Below, piece by piece: positions 27,870 to 36,972 of a stretch of DNA of 62,869 nt (the first letter of the stretch is position 1; every line of letters starts with the position of its first letter). The position numbers and the translations under genes were made by a program. The stretch is taken from positions 1 to 62,869 of the forward strand of contig JBARGS010000165.1 in assembly GCA_049798495.1 (NCBI GenBank), in the 5' to 3' direction. A model generated the notes under the pieces. That model ran no database searches. It worked only from the letters and a program-made list of their open reading frames with translations, and was not told the origin of the DNA. Source of the DNA: Candidatus Korobacteraceae bacterium (GTDB taxonomy: Bacteria; Acidobacteriota; Terriglobia; Terriglobales; Acidobacteriaceae).

Positions 27870-28813
27870 TCAGAACGGCTCGATCTCAACCGGAGCGTGG
27901 CGCACAACAACATCCCGCTTTTCGATCTGCTGCATAAACGTGGTAAACATCGGCTGAGTGTCGAAGCGATGGCTGTACCGAAGGCTGTATTCGTCAAGGT
28001 ATGACTGCAGGTAATGCTTTCCCACGTTGTGGTATACGCCTCGCAGCCCATTTTTACGAGACCCCAAAATCCCTCAGTCGTATTCGTATGGCAGTCGCCA
28101 AGGACGTAGACCCCTACGCTGTGATTGACCCGACGATGTTCCGAGAAGCGACCTCCAAATCTGTCGTACGAGCGGTATTCATCGGTGAACACAACCGACC
28201 GTGGCAGGATGTGTTGCTTCGCCAAGCCAATGAGCGTATCGGCCTTGGTGTCGGGAGCGACGACGGCGCGAACTCCGCCTTTGCGTTGAACCATTCCCAC
28301 AACAGCAACCTTGGTCGGGTTCTCCGCCGAAGGGCGACCGCGCTTTCCGCCACGCACATTCTTGGCTCCAAAGTAGCTTTCGTCCATCTCGACTTTGCGT
28401 CCGAATCCACCAAGCGGGCCGGAATCTTCGCTGCTCAGCATGGTGCGAATCTGCTTGAACATGCGCCACGCTGTTTTGTAGGTGACTCCGGTTTCGCGCT
28501 CAATCTGCTTGGCGGAGATACCGCAGCGAGTCGAGGCCATGAGGAAGATCGCATAGAACCAAGTTGTCAGCGGAGTCGGCGACTTGTGGAAGATTGTATC
28601 CGCGGTCGGGTGAACGTGATGGCCGCAGTGGTCGCACGAATAGGACGGACGGCTCTTGACGCGGTGATGCTTTGTGACCTGTTCGCAGTTCTTACAGTAG
28701 ATGCCATCGGGATACAGGTATGAGCACAGCCAGTCGAGACAAACGCCATCATTCGGGAACTGGGTGTCAAACTGTTTCTTCGCGTAGCGCGTCATTTTCG
28801 GCTTGCGGTTCAT
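27870..28813 (-). pseudogene. IS1595-family transposase, interrupted by a single frameshift
   Basis: N-terminal zinc ribbon (CKNCEQ...CDHCGH), then DDE_Tnp_IS1595-type VEMDESYFG, VFTDEYRSY, HTNTTEGFWGLVK. The C-terminus NGLRGVYHNVGKHYLQSYLDEYSLRYSHRF is in another frame. The shift maps to the T5 run at 28051-28055 (A5 where A6 would restore VKNGL). Confidence 0.85.
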
Positions 28814-28878
28814 TTGAGTACCTACCGTCAAGCCAAACTGTAGCACAGTGCATACCTACTGTAAAGGGATAATTACCG

Positions 28879-30983
28879 GTGCCCAACAGCTCGACCCAAA
28901 ATGTCTGTATCACCAACGGCACTATGGGAGCGCCTTCAGTCGTCAACCTGGACATCGATGCGTCCATCAACAACCTTCAGCTTGGCAGCTGCGACACGCT
29001 GAACTTTAATCTTGGTACGCAGCTTGAGGTCTCAGGGACGCAGATCATCAACGCCGGCCAGATCAATATAAATAGTGGCGGCGGTCAGAACGCACTCCTT
29101 GAGCTCGCAAACAATGTGACGCTCTCCGGCGCCGGCACGTTGACATTGTCCAATTCCGGCGCCGCCGGCGTCGCTATCATCTACCAAGCCACCGCCGGCT
29201 TGACCCTGACCAACCAGAGCACCATTCAGGGCGCAGGAACCATCGGGTTTGACGGATTGTCGTTAATCAATCAGGACACAGTTGATGCGAACGCATCGGG
29301 CCAAACTCTAAATCTCGCCAGCATGAGCAACGGCATCAACAACGCTGGCGGCTTGTTGTCTGCAACTAACTGCGGCATCCTGAATATCGACGGGGTCACG
29401 GTGGCCGGCGGTGGGACCCTCACGGCCAACACCGGAGGCACGGTGCAGTTGGCTGGTGGCACCACTATCCAGGGCGCAATCCTGAACAATATTGGCGGGA
29501 CGCTGGGAACCCTTAACGGAAACTCGGCGTTTCTGGATGGGAGCACGGCGGCAGGCGCGATCACGATTAACGGCACCTATACCAATGGTGTGGGCAGCAA
29601 CACCTACGTTCTGGGGACGATCAACAATCAGGGCAACATTCTACTCAACGGGGGAAGTGGCAACAATTCCGACCTGGAAATCGATAGCGGCACCGTGACG
29701 CTAAAGGGCGGAGGGACGGTGACCCTGTCCACTGCCGGCGGCGGCGGCAACGCCTTGATCCTCCAAGCGGCTGGTGGCTCGACCCTGGAAAACTTCAACA
29801 ACACCATCCAGGGAGCGGGCATTATCGGCGACAATGGCCTGTCATTGTTGAACGATGCCGCCGGAACTGTCCTTGCCAATGCGCCGGGGCAGACTCTCAC
29901 TATCAACGGTGGCGGAACCGCCACCAACAACGGAACATTCCAGGCCAATAGCAGCTCCGCTCTGGTCCTCGGCAATGTAACCTTCACTAATTTTGCCGGG
30001 AACACTCTGACCGGCGGTACTTACAATGTCTATGGCACCGTGGCCAATCCAGGAACATTGCAAATCGATCCGTTGGGCAACACCGGCGGAGAAATCGTAA
30101 ACAACGCCGCAACCATTCTGCTGGATGGTCCGAATTCCAACTTCGTCGACTCTGCAAGTCTGGATGCCTTGTCCAATTTCTCGAACAATGAAGCTACCGG
30201 CGGCCTCACCATACAGAACGGACGAAACTTCACCAGTCCAAGTAACGTTGATTTCGCTAACGCCGGCGCGGTGGTGATCGGAGCGAACAGCACATTCACC
30301 ACCGGCGGCACGGGCGACTACAACCAGAGCGGAGGCAGTACCAAGCTCGATGGATCGCTGGTTGCCGGAGGAGGTCAGGCCAACTTCAACGGCGGAAGCC
30401 TCTATGGCAATGGCGGAACGATTGCCGGCAATGTGCTGATGGCGGGAACCATCGGTCCGGGTGACATCCTCGGGACCGCCGGAACCCTGAACATTCACGG
30501 CAACTACACACAGACGGCGGCTGGGATCTTTGACCTCGGCATCGGTGGCCTCAACCCCGGCACTCAGTTTGGCCTGTTGAATATCACTGGATCAGCGCTG
30601 ATCAACGGAGCGTTGAATAGCGCTTTGCTGAATGGATATCTTCCCAGCGTCGGGAACACATTCACCTTCATCGATGCCGGCAGCGTCAGCGGAGAATTCG
30701 CCGACGTTAACGGGCTCAACATCGGTCACGGCTTCAGTTATCGGTGATCTACGGCTCCGATTATGTGGAGCTGGCGGTGGAAGCGCTGTCCACCACGGAT
30801 CTCTGGCTGGGGGGAACTGATAACTGGAGCAATGGCGCGAAGTGGAGCATCGGCGTTCCCACAGCGCCGGACGATGTGATCATCTATTCTGGCGGCAACG
30901 ATCTGGTCACCCCGAACTCCGGCGGCAATAACAACGTCAACTCGCTCACCGTGGGCGGGCCTACCAATGGATTCACCTCATGA
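28879..30983 (+). pseudogene. Beta-helical adhesin/autotransporter-passenger-like repeat protein, truncated at both ends and frameshifted
   Basis: G/N/T-rich repeats (TLTLSNSGAAG, TIQGAGTIG, GGTLTANTGGTVQLAGGTTIQGA) with no signal peptide. The ORF begins at the IS1595 boundary. The frame breaks at the GG run at 30743-30744 (..GHGFSYR* then VIYGSDYVELAV...WLGGTDNWSNGAKW) and ends abruptly at 30983. Confidence 0.7.
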
Positions 30984-31083
30984 TTTGTCCAGGAACACGC
31001 ACCTGATCGACCCTTGAGGTCTGGTTCGTGTTCCTTTTTCACTGAAGGTGAAGATTTCATATCTGGAAGTGTTTGGGGAAGCC

Positions 31084-31512
31084 ATGATTCTTACAACGAA
31101 GACAGCATCTGAAAACCGCGCACGTGGCGCATTTTGGATTGTGCTGGCGTGCTTGGCCTGCTTGGCTCTAATAGCCAGCGTGGGATGTTCTCCTGCCGGG
31201 ACTGCGGCGCAACCTACTTCGGTGACCTTCTCGACTCCTTACCAAACCGTTGTGCTCATCAACAATTCGGTTTACTACGGAAAGCTAACCGGCTGGGGAA
31301 CGCCGAATCCAGTATTGACAGATGTCTTCTACATCATGAGCAAGACCGATCCCGACACGAAGCAGGTCTCCAATATTCTAATCAAACGCGGAAAAGAACT
31401 GCATGGCCCCGATCGGATGTATCTGAACCCCAATCAGATCATTTTCGTGGAGCCGGTCGGAACTGACTCTAAGGTCGCCCAGCTAATCAGCGAGGCCAAC
31501 AAGCAGCACTGA
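31084..31512 (+). CDS. Small putative lipoprotein, unrecognised family
   Basis: The ATG at 31084 gives MILTTKTASENRARGAFWIVLACLACLALIASVGC with a lipobox-like LIASVGC. Confidence 0.55.
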   Translation: MILTTKTASENRARGAFWIVLACLACLALIASVGCSPAGTAAQPTSVTFSTPYQTVVLINNSVYYGKLTGWGTPNPVLTDVFYIMSKTDPDTKQVSNILIKRGKELHGPDRMYLNPNQIIFVEPVGTDSKVAQLISEANKQH

Positions 31513-31662
31513 CCAGGTTTGGCAGACGCATCGATCAGAGCAGCATGAACGGAATGCCGCTCGTCATCCCATAGTCTTTGCGGTCAAAAGCCATCGTCCC
31601 TTTAATCTCGCCCGAGCTCTCATCGCGGATTGAATGTAGGCGGTCAAGCATCTCACCAGCGT

Positions 31663-31701
31663 GCCTGCTACACTATGTCGATAATTCTTTGAAAGGACAA
31701 C
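31663..31701 (+). promoter_or_regulatory. Conserved 5' leader/promoter block of the AT-hook protein genes (copy 3)
   Basis: GCCTGCTACACTATGTCGATAATTCTTTGAAAGGACAAC matches 25938-25977. Confidence 0.4.
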
Positions 31702-32055
31702 ATGGACATTCAAAGCGTAGTAGCACAGCTTAGACAGCAAGCCAGCCGTATCGAACAGGCAATCGCAGCTCTTGTAGGACTGGGCTCCCAACCGGCAAGA
31801 CGTGGCCGTCCGCCGAAGGCCAGCCAACCTGTGCGAGTGGCTAAAACGAAGCGTCGCACCATGAGCGCGGCGGCCCGAGCCAAGATAGCTGCCGCGCAAC
31901 GGGCACGTTGGGCCAAGCAGAAGGGGGAAACTGCCCCTAAGAAGGCTGCTACAGCTCAGAAGAAAACCGCTAGTCGCAAGCCAATGAGTCCTGCGGCCCG
32001 CAAGAGATTGTCACAGATGATGAAGGCGCGGTGGGCGGCGAGGAGGAAAGGGTAG
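31702..32055 (+). CDS. Small basic AT-hook protein with two NUMOD3-like repeats (paralog 3)
   Basis: MDIQSVVAQLRQQASRIEQAIAALVGLGSQPARRGRPPK...MSAAARAKIAAAQRARWAKQKG...MSPAARKRLSQMMKARWAARRKG. Confidence 0.7.
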   Translation: MDIQSVVAQLRQQASRIEQAIAALVGLGSQPARRGRPPKASQPVRVAKTKRRTMSAAARAKIAAAQRARWAKQKGETAPKKAATAQKKTASRKPMSPAARKRLSQMMKARWAARRKG

Positions 32056-32290
32056 GTCGCCGCAGGTAAGACGCCGGAATATGCACGATAGAGACGCCGT
32101 GGTGCTGGTTGTCGTGCCGCTGATGCTCCTCGCCTTCAGTGCGTTCGGCCGCCTTTTATCTAGCTCGGACATCCGCGGTGTTCTTTAATCGTGTATGCCT
32201 TCCTGGTGCTGGTTTTTCCTGCACAGTCGAGGTAATTGGTTTCCGAGACAGAGGAAGACTCCCAACAGGGTACGAGGCGTACCATTGATT

Positions 32291-32506
32291 ATGAGCAGAA
32301 TATATCCAGAATCGCGCGACTCAGGCACTCCTGATCGGTTGCTAGATGCCAATGTCCTCCTTCGGCAAGAGCCAGACGAAGAAGAAGACGAAGACGAAGA
32401 CGACGAGGGCGACACCAGAGAAGATGACGATGATGACGACACAGGCGACGGCTATTCGGAGCGAGCCGGCCCTTGTTTATTGCAGTGCGTGAAAGATGAA
32501 GCGTGA
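32291..32506 (+). CDS. Possible small, extremely acidic protein
   Basis: The ATG at 32291 gives MSRIYPESRDSGTPDRLLDANVLLRQEPDEEEDEDEDDEGDTREDDDDDDTGDGYSE... The antisense frame is poly-Ser, so the coding strand is uncertain. Confidence 0.3.
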   Translation: MSRIYPESRDSGTPDRLLDANVLLRQEPDEEEDEDEDDEGDTREDDDDDDTGDGYSERAGPCLLQCVKDEA

Positions 32507-32656
32507 ATTCTCTCAAGGTAGCCGAAGGGGCGCCACAAACCGCGCCATTATTTCAGAATGGATGAACTCGCAACCACAGATAGACACACTTCGCCCCACT
32601 TTCATCATACGGCGTATTCTCCTTGAACGTCGGCGTGGACAGAGTACACTCAGGGC

Positions 32657-32812
32657 ATGGAAACCAACAAGCCATTGAACCCGTTCCAAGAGGTACACAA
32701 AAAGGTCAAGGAGCGTCTTGACCGTGACCGGGAAATCCGAGACAAAGGAGTCGAGCTTCGCCAGAAAGAAGCAGAAAAAGAAGCTATAGGCGACGGGTTC
32801 GACCGTACTTAA
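32657..32812 (+). CDS. Possible 51-aa charged helical peptide (below the ORF-track cutoff)
   Basis: METNKPLNPFQEVHKKVKERLDRDREIRDKGVELRQKEAEKEAIGDGFDRT*, read directly from the sequence. Confidence 0.25.
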   Translation: METNKPLNPFQEVHKKVKERLDRDREIRDKGVELRQKEAEKEAIGDGFDRT

Positions 32813-32998
32813 TTCAAAATCTCCTCAGCGGTAAGGGGCACAGCCGTACTCGGCACCGCACTCCGAAGGTCGATTGCCAAGCGTTGCTACCGGCTACGCC
32901 CGAACTCCGGCAATGCACGCGTTGAGCGCCTCGTCAACATTTCGTGAGCGGTCTTGCACTCCAACGCCGGCAGCGCACTGAGCCGTATGTATATCGTA

Positions 32999-34675
32999 CT
33001 ACCTTGGTTGAACTTCAAGGGGGTTGGGCAGGGTCATGGATCCCTTGGACTGATCCCCGATGATGACGCTTTGGCCGTGCTGGCAATAGTGCGCCAGGAC
33101 CGCGGGCTTCGCCCAATCCAGATCCCAAGCGTTCTCAATCGCTATGATCGTATAAGAGCCGGGAATCACACTTTGCAGGCTGAAACTGCCATCTAAATCG
33201 CTCTGGTCCCGGCGAAAAAAGTCGTGATTTGCTTCAGGATCCTTGGGCACCAGAACCACCATCGCGCCCGCTACCGGCTTTCCGGATCGCTTGGCAAAAC
33301 CCTCAACCGTCACCGCACCTTCAGTCAGAACAAGCGAAACCGCAAGAGACGAGCCGGCGGGGACGTTTAACGCGTGCCCAGCGGTATCACCGCCCTGAGA
33401 CGCGATTCGTACAACGGCATAAGCTTTCGTGGGAGTGCCGGCCAATACGTCATATTTGCCGGCGACAACATTCTGAAACGTGACCCCTCCTTTCGCGTCG
33501 ACCTCTGCCGTCATCGGAATTTTCTCTTTGGCAGTTCGCAGCTCGACGGTCAGTGGTGACGGAAGCGGTGCTCCTCCCAGCAACTGCACAGTAGCTTTCA
33601 CCGAACTGGCCGGGTCACTGGAGGGCGCGTCCAGTTCCTGACCGTCCCGGGTGAGATCAATCTCTGTGGGCTCCTTCATGTAGTCGTTAGCGGATCCAGG
33701 CATGCGGACCGCATACCGGCCGGGGGCTAAACCTGTCATCTCGTACACGCCGGGGGAGACATTTTGTACCTCACCGGTCTGGACCGAATCCATTCCATCG
33801 AAGTCTGGTTTTTGCAGCTGGGGCACGGTGAATCCGTTTGTCCCATCGTCCGCAACATGAAAGAGCAGATGAAGAGCGGGAATCGGGTTCAGGTGGATGT
33901 CAACTTCGATATGGTCGCCACCTTTGATAGGGATAGGCGTAGCATCGTCAGCCTCGGTTGCGTCGGCGTAATAAGTGACGGGATAGGCAACGTCAAGCGA
34001 ACGGTCGACTTGGGAAGGCGGAGTTCCGGAGCCCGGTTGGGACGAGGCCGGATGCACTGCATACCACGGTTTCGCACTTACCGAAACGAAGTAGGTGCCT
34101 CCGTCCAGCGGCGTCACCTCATAGGCGCCTTGATCATCCGTAGACGCACGGCGGAATAACCCGATACGGGTAACGCCCGAGAAACGGTCCAGGCGGTAAA
34201 CCGAGACCGAAGCGTGGCGGACGGGATCGCCGGACTCGTCGAAAACCTTACCGGCAAGAACAGCAGCCGGCGCCAGGCGAAGGATCAGGTTCCCGGTAGC
34301 GAGATCGGGGCCGGTAGCAATTGCCGTCGAAAATTGGTCGTGCTGGTCATAGGCAGATGTAATGAAGCCGCGTTTAGCTGCTTGCAAGGCGTACTTGCCT
34401 TGATTGACCTGGAACTCAAAGCGCCCATCCTCGGACGTGAGCAGCGACTGGATGTTCCGCCGGTTTCTGGTGTCCGCGATGAGGACGCGAGCTCCCGCGA
34501 GCGGGTATCCGCCTGTCGTACTGACAACTGTTCCTGCAATCCGGTAACTGCCGCTCGACGCCTGCGTTCGTTCTGGCGCGGAACTCTGCGCGGCGGAGAT
34601 CGCAGGAAAGCAGACAAGCAGGGAACTGGCCGCCAGAATCGCAAATCGAAGTTGTAGAAGCCTGGACATCTTCAT
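32999..34675 (-). CDS. Secreted carboxypeptidase-regulatory-like (CarboxypepD_reg) multi-domain protein
   Basis: The ATG at 34675 gives MKMSRLLQLRFAILAASSLLVCFPAISAAQ. Repeated Ig-like modules (IAGTVVSTTGGYPLAGARVLI..SEDGRFEF, LAGKVFDESGDPVRHASVSVY). ATGA overlap with the upstream paralog. Confidence 0.8.
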   Translation of the reverse strand: MKMSRLLQLRFAILAASSLLVCFPAISAAQSSAPERTQASSGSYRIAGTVVSTTGGYPLAGARVLIADTRNRRNIQSLLTSEDGRFEFQVNQGKYALQAAKRGFITSAYDQHDQFSTAIATGPDLATGNLILRLAPAAVLAGKVFDESGDPVRHASVSVYRLDRFSGVTRIGLFRRASTDDQGAYEVTPLDGGTYFVSVSAKPWYAVHPASSQPGSGTPPSQVDRSLDVAYPVTYYADATEADDATPIPIKGGDHIEVDIHLNPIPALHLLFHVADDGTNGFTVPQLQKPDFDGMDSVQTGEVQNVSPGVYEMTGLAPGRYAVRMPGSANDYMKEPTEIDLTRDGQELDAPSSDPASSVKATVQLLGGAPLPSPLTVELRTAKEKIPMTAEVDAKGGVTFQNVVAGKYDVLAGTPTKAYAVVRIASQGGDTAGHALNVPAGSSLAVSLVLTEGAVTVEGFAKRSGKPVAGAMVVLVPKDPEANHDFFRRDQSDLDGSFSLQSVIPGSYTIIAIENAWDLDWAKPAVLAHYCQHGQSVIIGDQSKGSMTLPNPLEVQPR

Positions 34676-36444
34676 TCGCTGCTCGAAATCAACCCTAGCT
34701 GTAAGTGTTCGGTCTTCCCGGCTGCGACACGGACAGTCTGTCCTTTCGCACCATAAGCCCGCATGGCCTCGGGATTCCGGTACTCGAGTTCGGACTGCTT
34801 GCGCTTGAAAGCGAGCACAAGATAAACTCCCGGCGGCATGGGTGGTGAGGTAAACTTTCCATCGGAATAGGCCACGGCTTCCGTGAACTGGCCTGAACCG
34901 TCCGGCAAAGGAAAGCAATAAATATAGGCAAACGGAGTATAGAAAACAGGAGAGGCCATTCCACTCCCCAACGTGGAGGGCCTTTCGGTTCCACTGAGGG
35001 AAGCATCGGCCCCCTCGACCTTTCCTTCGATCTTGCCCCCGTCGTCCGCCATCGTCACTTCAATCGGAGGACTGGCTCCGCCCGAGCCGACCACGAGCGG
35101 CTCATGGAGAAGGTCAATTCCTCCCGAGGTGATCGACCTGGCGAAGCCACGAGACGAATTGATTTGTACCCAGTAGCGCCCAGGCTGAACATTGTCGATC
35201 ACAAGCGACTCGTCGTCAGGGCCGGAAGGAGGACGCAATGAAGCGCCTCGCTGCTGGTCGAATTCATCCGCTGAGACCAACGTCACGTTGAGGTAGGTCC
35301 TCGGCCCTCGCAGCTTGAAGGTACGCGCACCGTCGCTCCAGGACGTAGCGCCTGTGCTCTCCGTGGTTGTGAATTCTTCTTTCACATTCAGGCTGAGGGC
35401 GCGACCAGGCGCCAGCGTCATGACCGGCCCTACCAAAGGGGCACCGTGAACCGTGATATTCAAAGATCCATTGAAAGGATTTTGTCCATAGCCCGACGCT
35501 TCCAGCGTGTAGATTCCGTTCGGTAGTGAGCCTTCGATGGACTGCTCGTGCGCGGCATAGCCCAGTGCATACCCGGGACCTTTGCGGCCATCCGGGAAGA
35601 CAGTGATCGCAAGGCCGGTGGCGGGAGGCACATTCGCGACGGCGACTTTGACCGGGTAATAGGGCTGCCTGACCAGCGAAAGGTCGGCTTGGTAAGTTTG
35701 ACCGGACAGTAACTGAATCGCGCTGCCAGAGGCAAAGGAGGTTGCGTTCGGAAAATAGACTGGCGCGTAGCCATAGAGCTGTCCGCCGGGAACCGCGATC
35801 TGAGGATCGCGATCCTGTAGCTCATGGGTGAACAACCTATAGGTTCCGGCCGAGAGCTCAGGAAAACGAAACTCCCCGGTTGACTTCGTCGTCGCTACTC
35901 CGGCGGAGTGCCAATGGGCGCGGCCGTCCTGGACCTGCCGTCGATAGATCTCCACCTGAATTCTGTCGGGAGCCTCGGATGTGGGGAGCGCAACATGTCC
36001 CACAATAAGGGCCTCGGGCACCAGTGAGATGGTGATTTCTTTCGTCGCCGGGCTCATTGGCAGGTTCAGCGACTCATTGCCTTGGTCCGTCAGGAAGCCG
36101 GGTTTGCGCGCAATCAACATATCGGGACGATTGAATTCGCGGCGGCTGCTCACGGAAGGAGCAGCGCCTGCCGGAACAGCATCGTTGCCTCTATCGGTCT
36201 CACCCTGCGGAAATGTGAATTCAAAACGGCCTTGACTGTCCGTCATCGTCGCAAACCGATTGTCTGGAGAAAATACGAGTGCGCGCGCTATCGCTTCGTG
36301 CGTCACACTGTTCACCACCATGCCGCGGATGCTGTCGGTGTCTTCCGCTAGCGTGCCTTGTGCGGATGCTTGTTTGCCGGTGACACACCAAGCGGAAAGC
36401 AAAACAATGACGATAAAGATGCCGGACAAGCCTCGCCCGGGCAT
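34672..36444 (-). CDS. Secreted carboxypeptidase-regulatory-like (CarboxypepD_reg) multi-domain protein, paralog
   Basis: The ATG at 36444 gives MPGRGLSGIFIVIVLLSAWCVTGKQASAQG (alternative TTG at 36486). IRGMVVNSVTHEAIARALVFS...DSQGRFEFTF. Confidence 0.8.
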   Translation of the reverse strand: MPGRGLSGIFIVIVLLSAWCVTGKQASAQGTLAEDTDSIRGMVVNSVTHEAIARALVFSPDNRFATMTDSQGRFEFTFPQGETDRGNDAVPAGAAPSVSSRREFNRPDMLIARKPGFLTDQGNESLNLPMSPATKEITISLVPEALIVGHVALPTSEAPDRIQVEIYRRQVQDGRAHWHSAGVATTKSTGEFRFPELSAGTYRLFTHELQDRDPQIAVPGGQLYGYAPVYFPNATSFASGSAIQLLSGQTYQADLSLVRQPYYPVKVAVANVPPATGLAITVFPDGRKGPGYALGYAAHEQSIEGSLPNGIYTLEASGYGQNPFNGSLNITVHGAPLVGPVMTLAPGRALSLNVKEEFTTTESTGATSWSDGARTFKLRGPRTYLNVTLVSADEFDQQRGASLRPPSGPDDESLVIDNVQPGRYWVQINSSRGFARSITSGGIDLLHEPLVVGSGGASPPIEVTMADDGGKIEGKVEGADASLSGTERPSTLGSGMASPVFYTPFAYIYCFPLPDGSGQFTEAVAYSDGKFTSPPMPPGVYLVLAFKRKQSELEYRNPEAMRAYGAKGQTVRVAAGKTEHLQLGLISSSE

Positions 36445-36972
36445 GCCTTTGCTTGCTGAACTCGAATCATCGTTGCTTCTTTTCAAAAGAGCGACTCCAG
36501 CCGTTGGTATTGTGGCCGAAGATCAGAAAAATGAACAGTCGCCCCTGTAGATCGCGTTTCGTGGGTAATGGCCGGGACCTGTTTTTCCGAGTGCGCTGTA
36601 TTACAGGTAATTTGTATGTGGTCTTTGGAGCAATCCGCGCTTTGAGTAATCTCCGACCCGCCCAAATAGCTTGGCTATCCCTATGCCGGCCTGATCCTCG
36701 ATACCGCTGGAAATCTCCACCGGACGGCCTACCAGCGGTGGCAGCGGTATGAGTCGAGAGAGCCGTGAAGATTTCCTCATGTGAGCAATTCTGAACATAC
36801 AAGCCTTTTCCGACAGCGATAAAGTGTTGCGTCGCTATCGACAGGCTGACAGTTCAGCTCAAAGCGTGCGCGAATCGATACCCGTTTACTGCTGGCCGGC
36901 GGTAAGCAATTTTGCAGCGAACTTTCGAGCGTGACTCCAATTGATTTTCGGGGACGATCGTTAGGAGCCAAC

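Noticed and set aside
28001-28723. 240-aa plus-strand ORF inside the IS1595 transposase
   Set aside because: It is antisense to a transposase with zinc-ribbon and DDE motifs. It is a shadow ORF.
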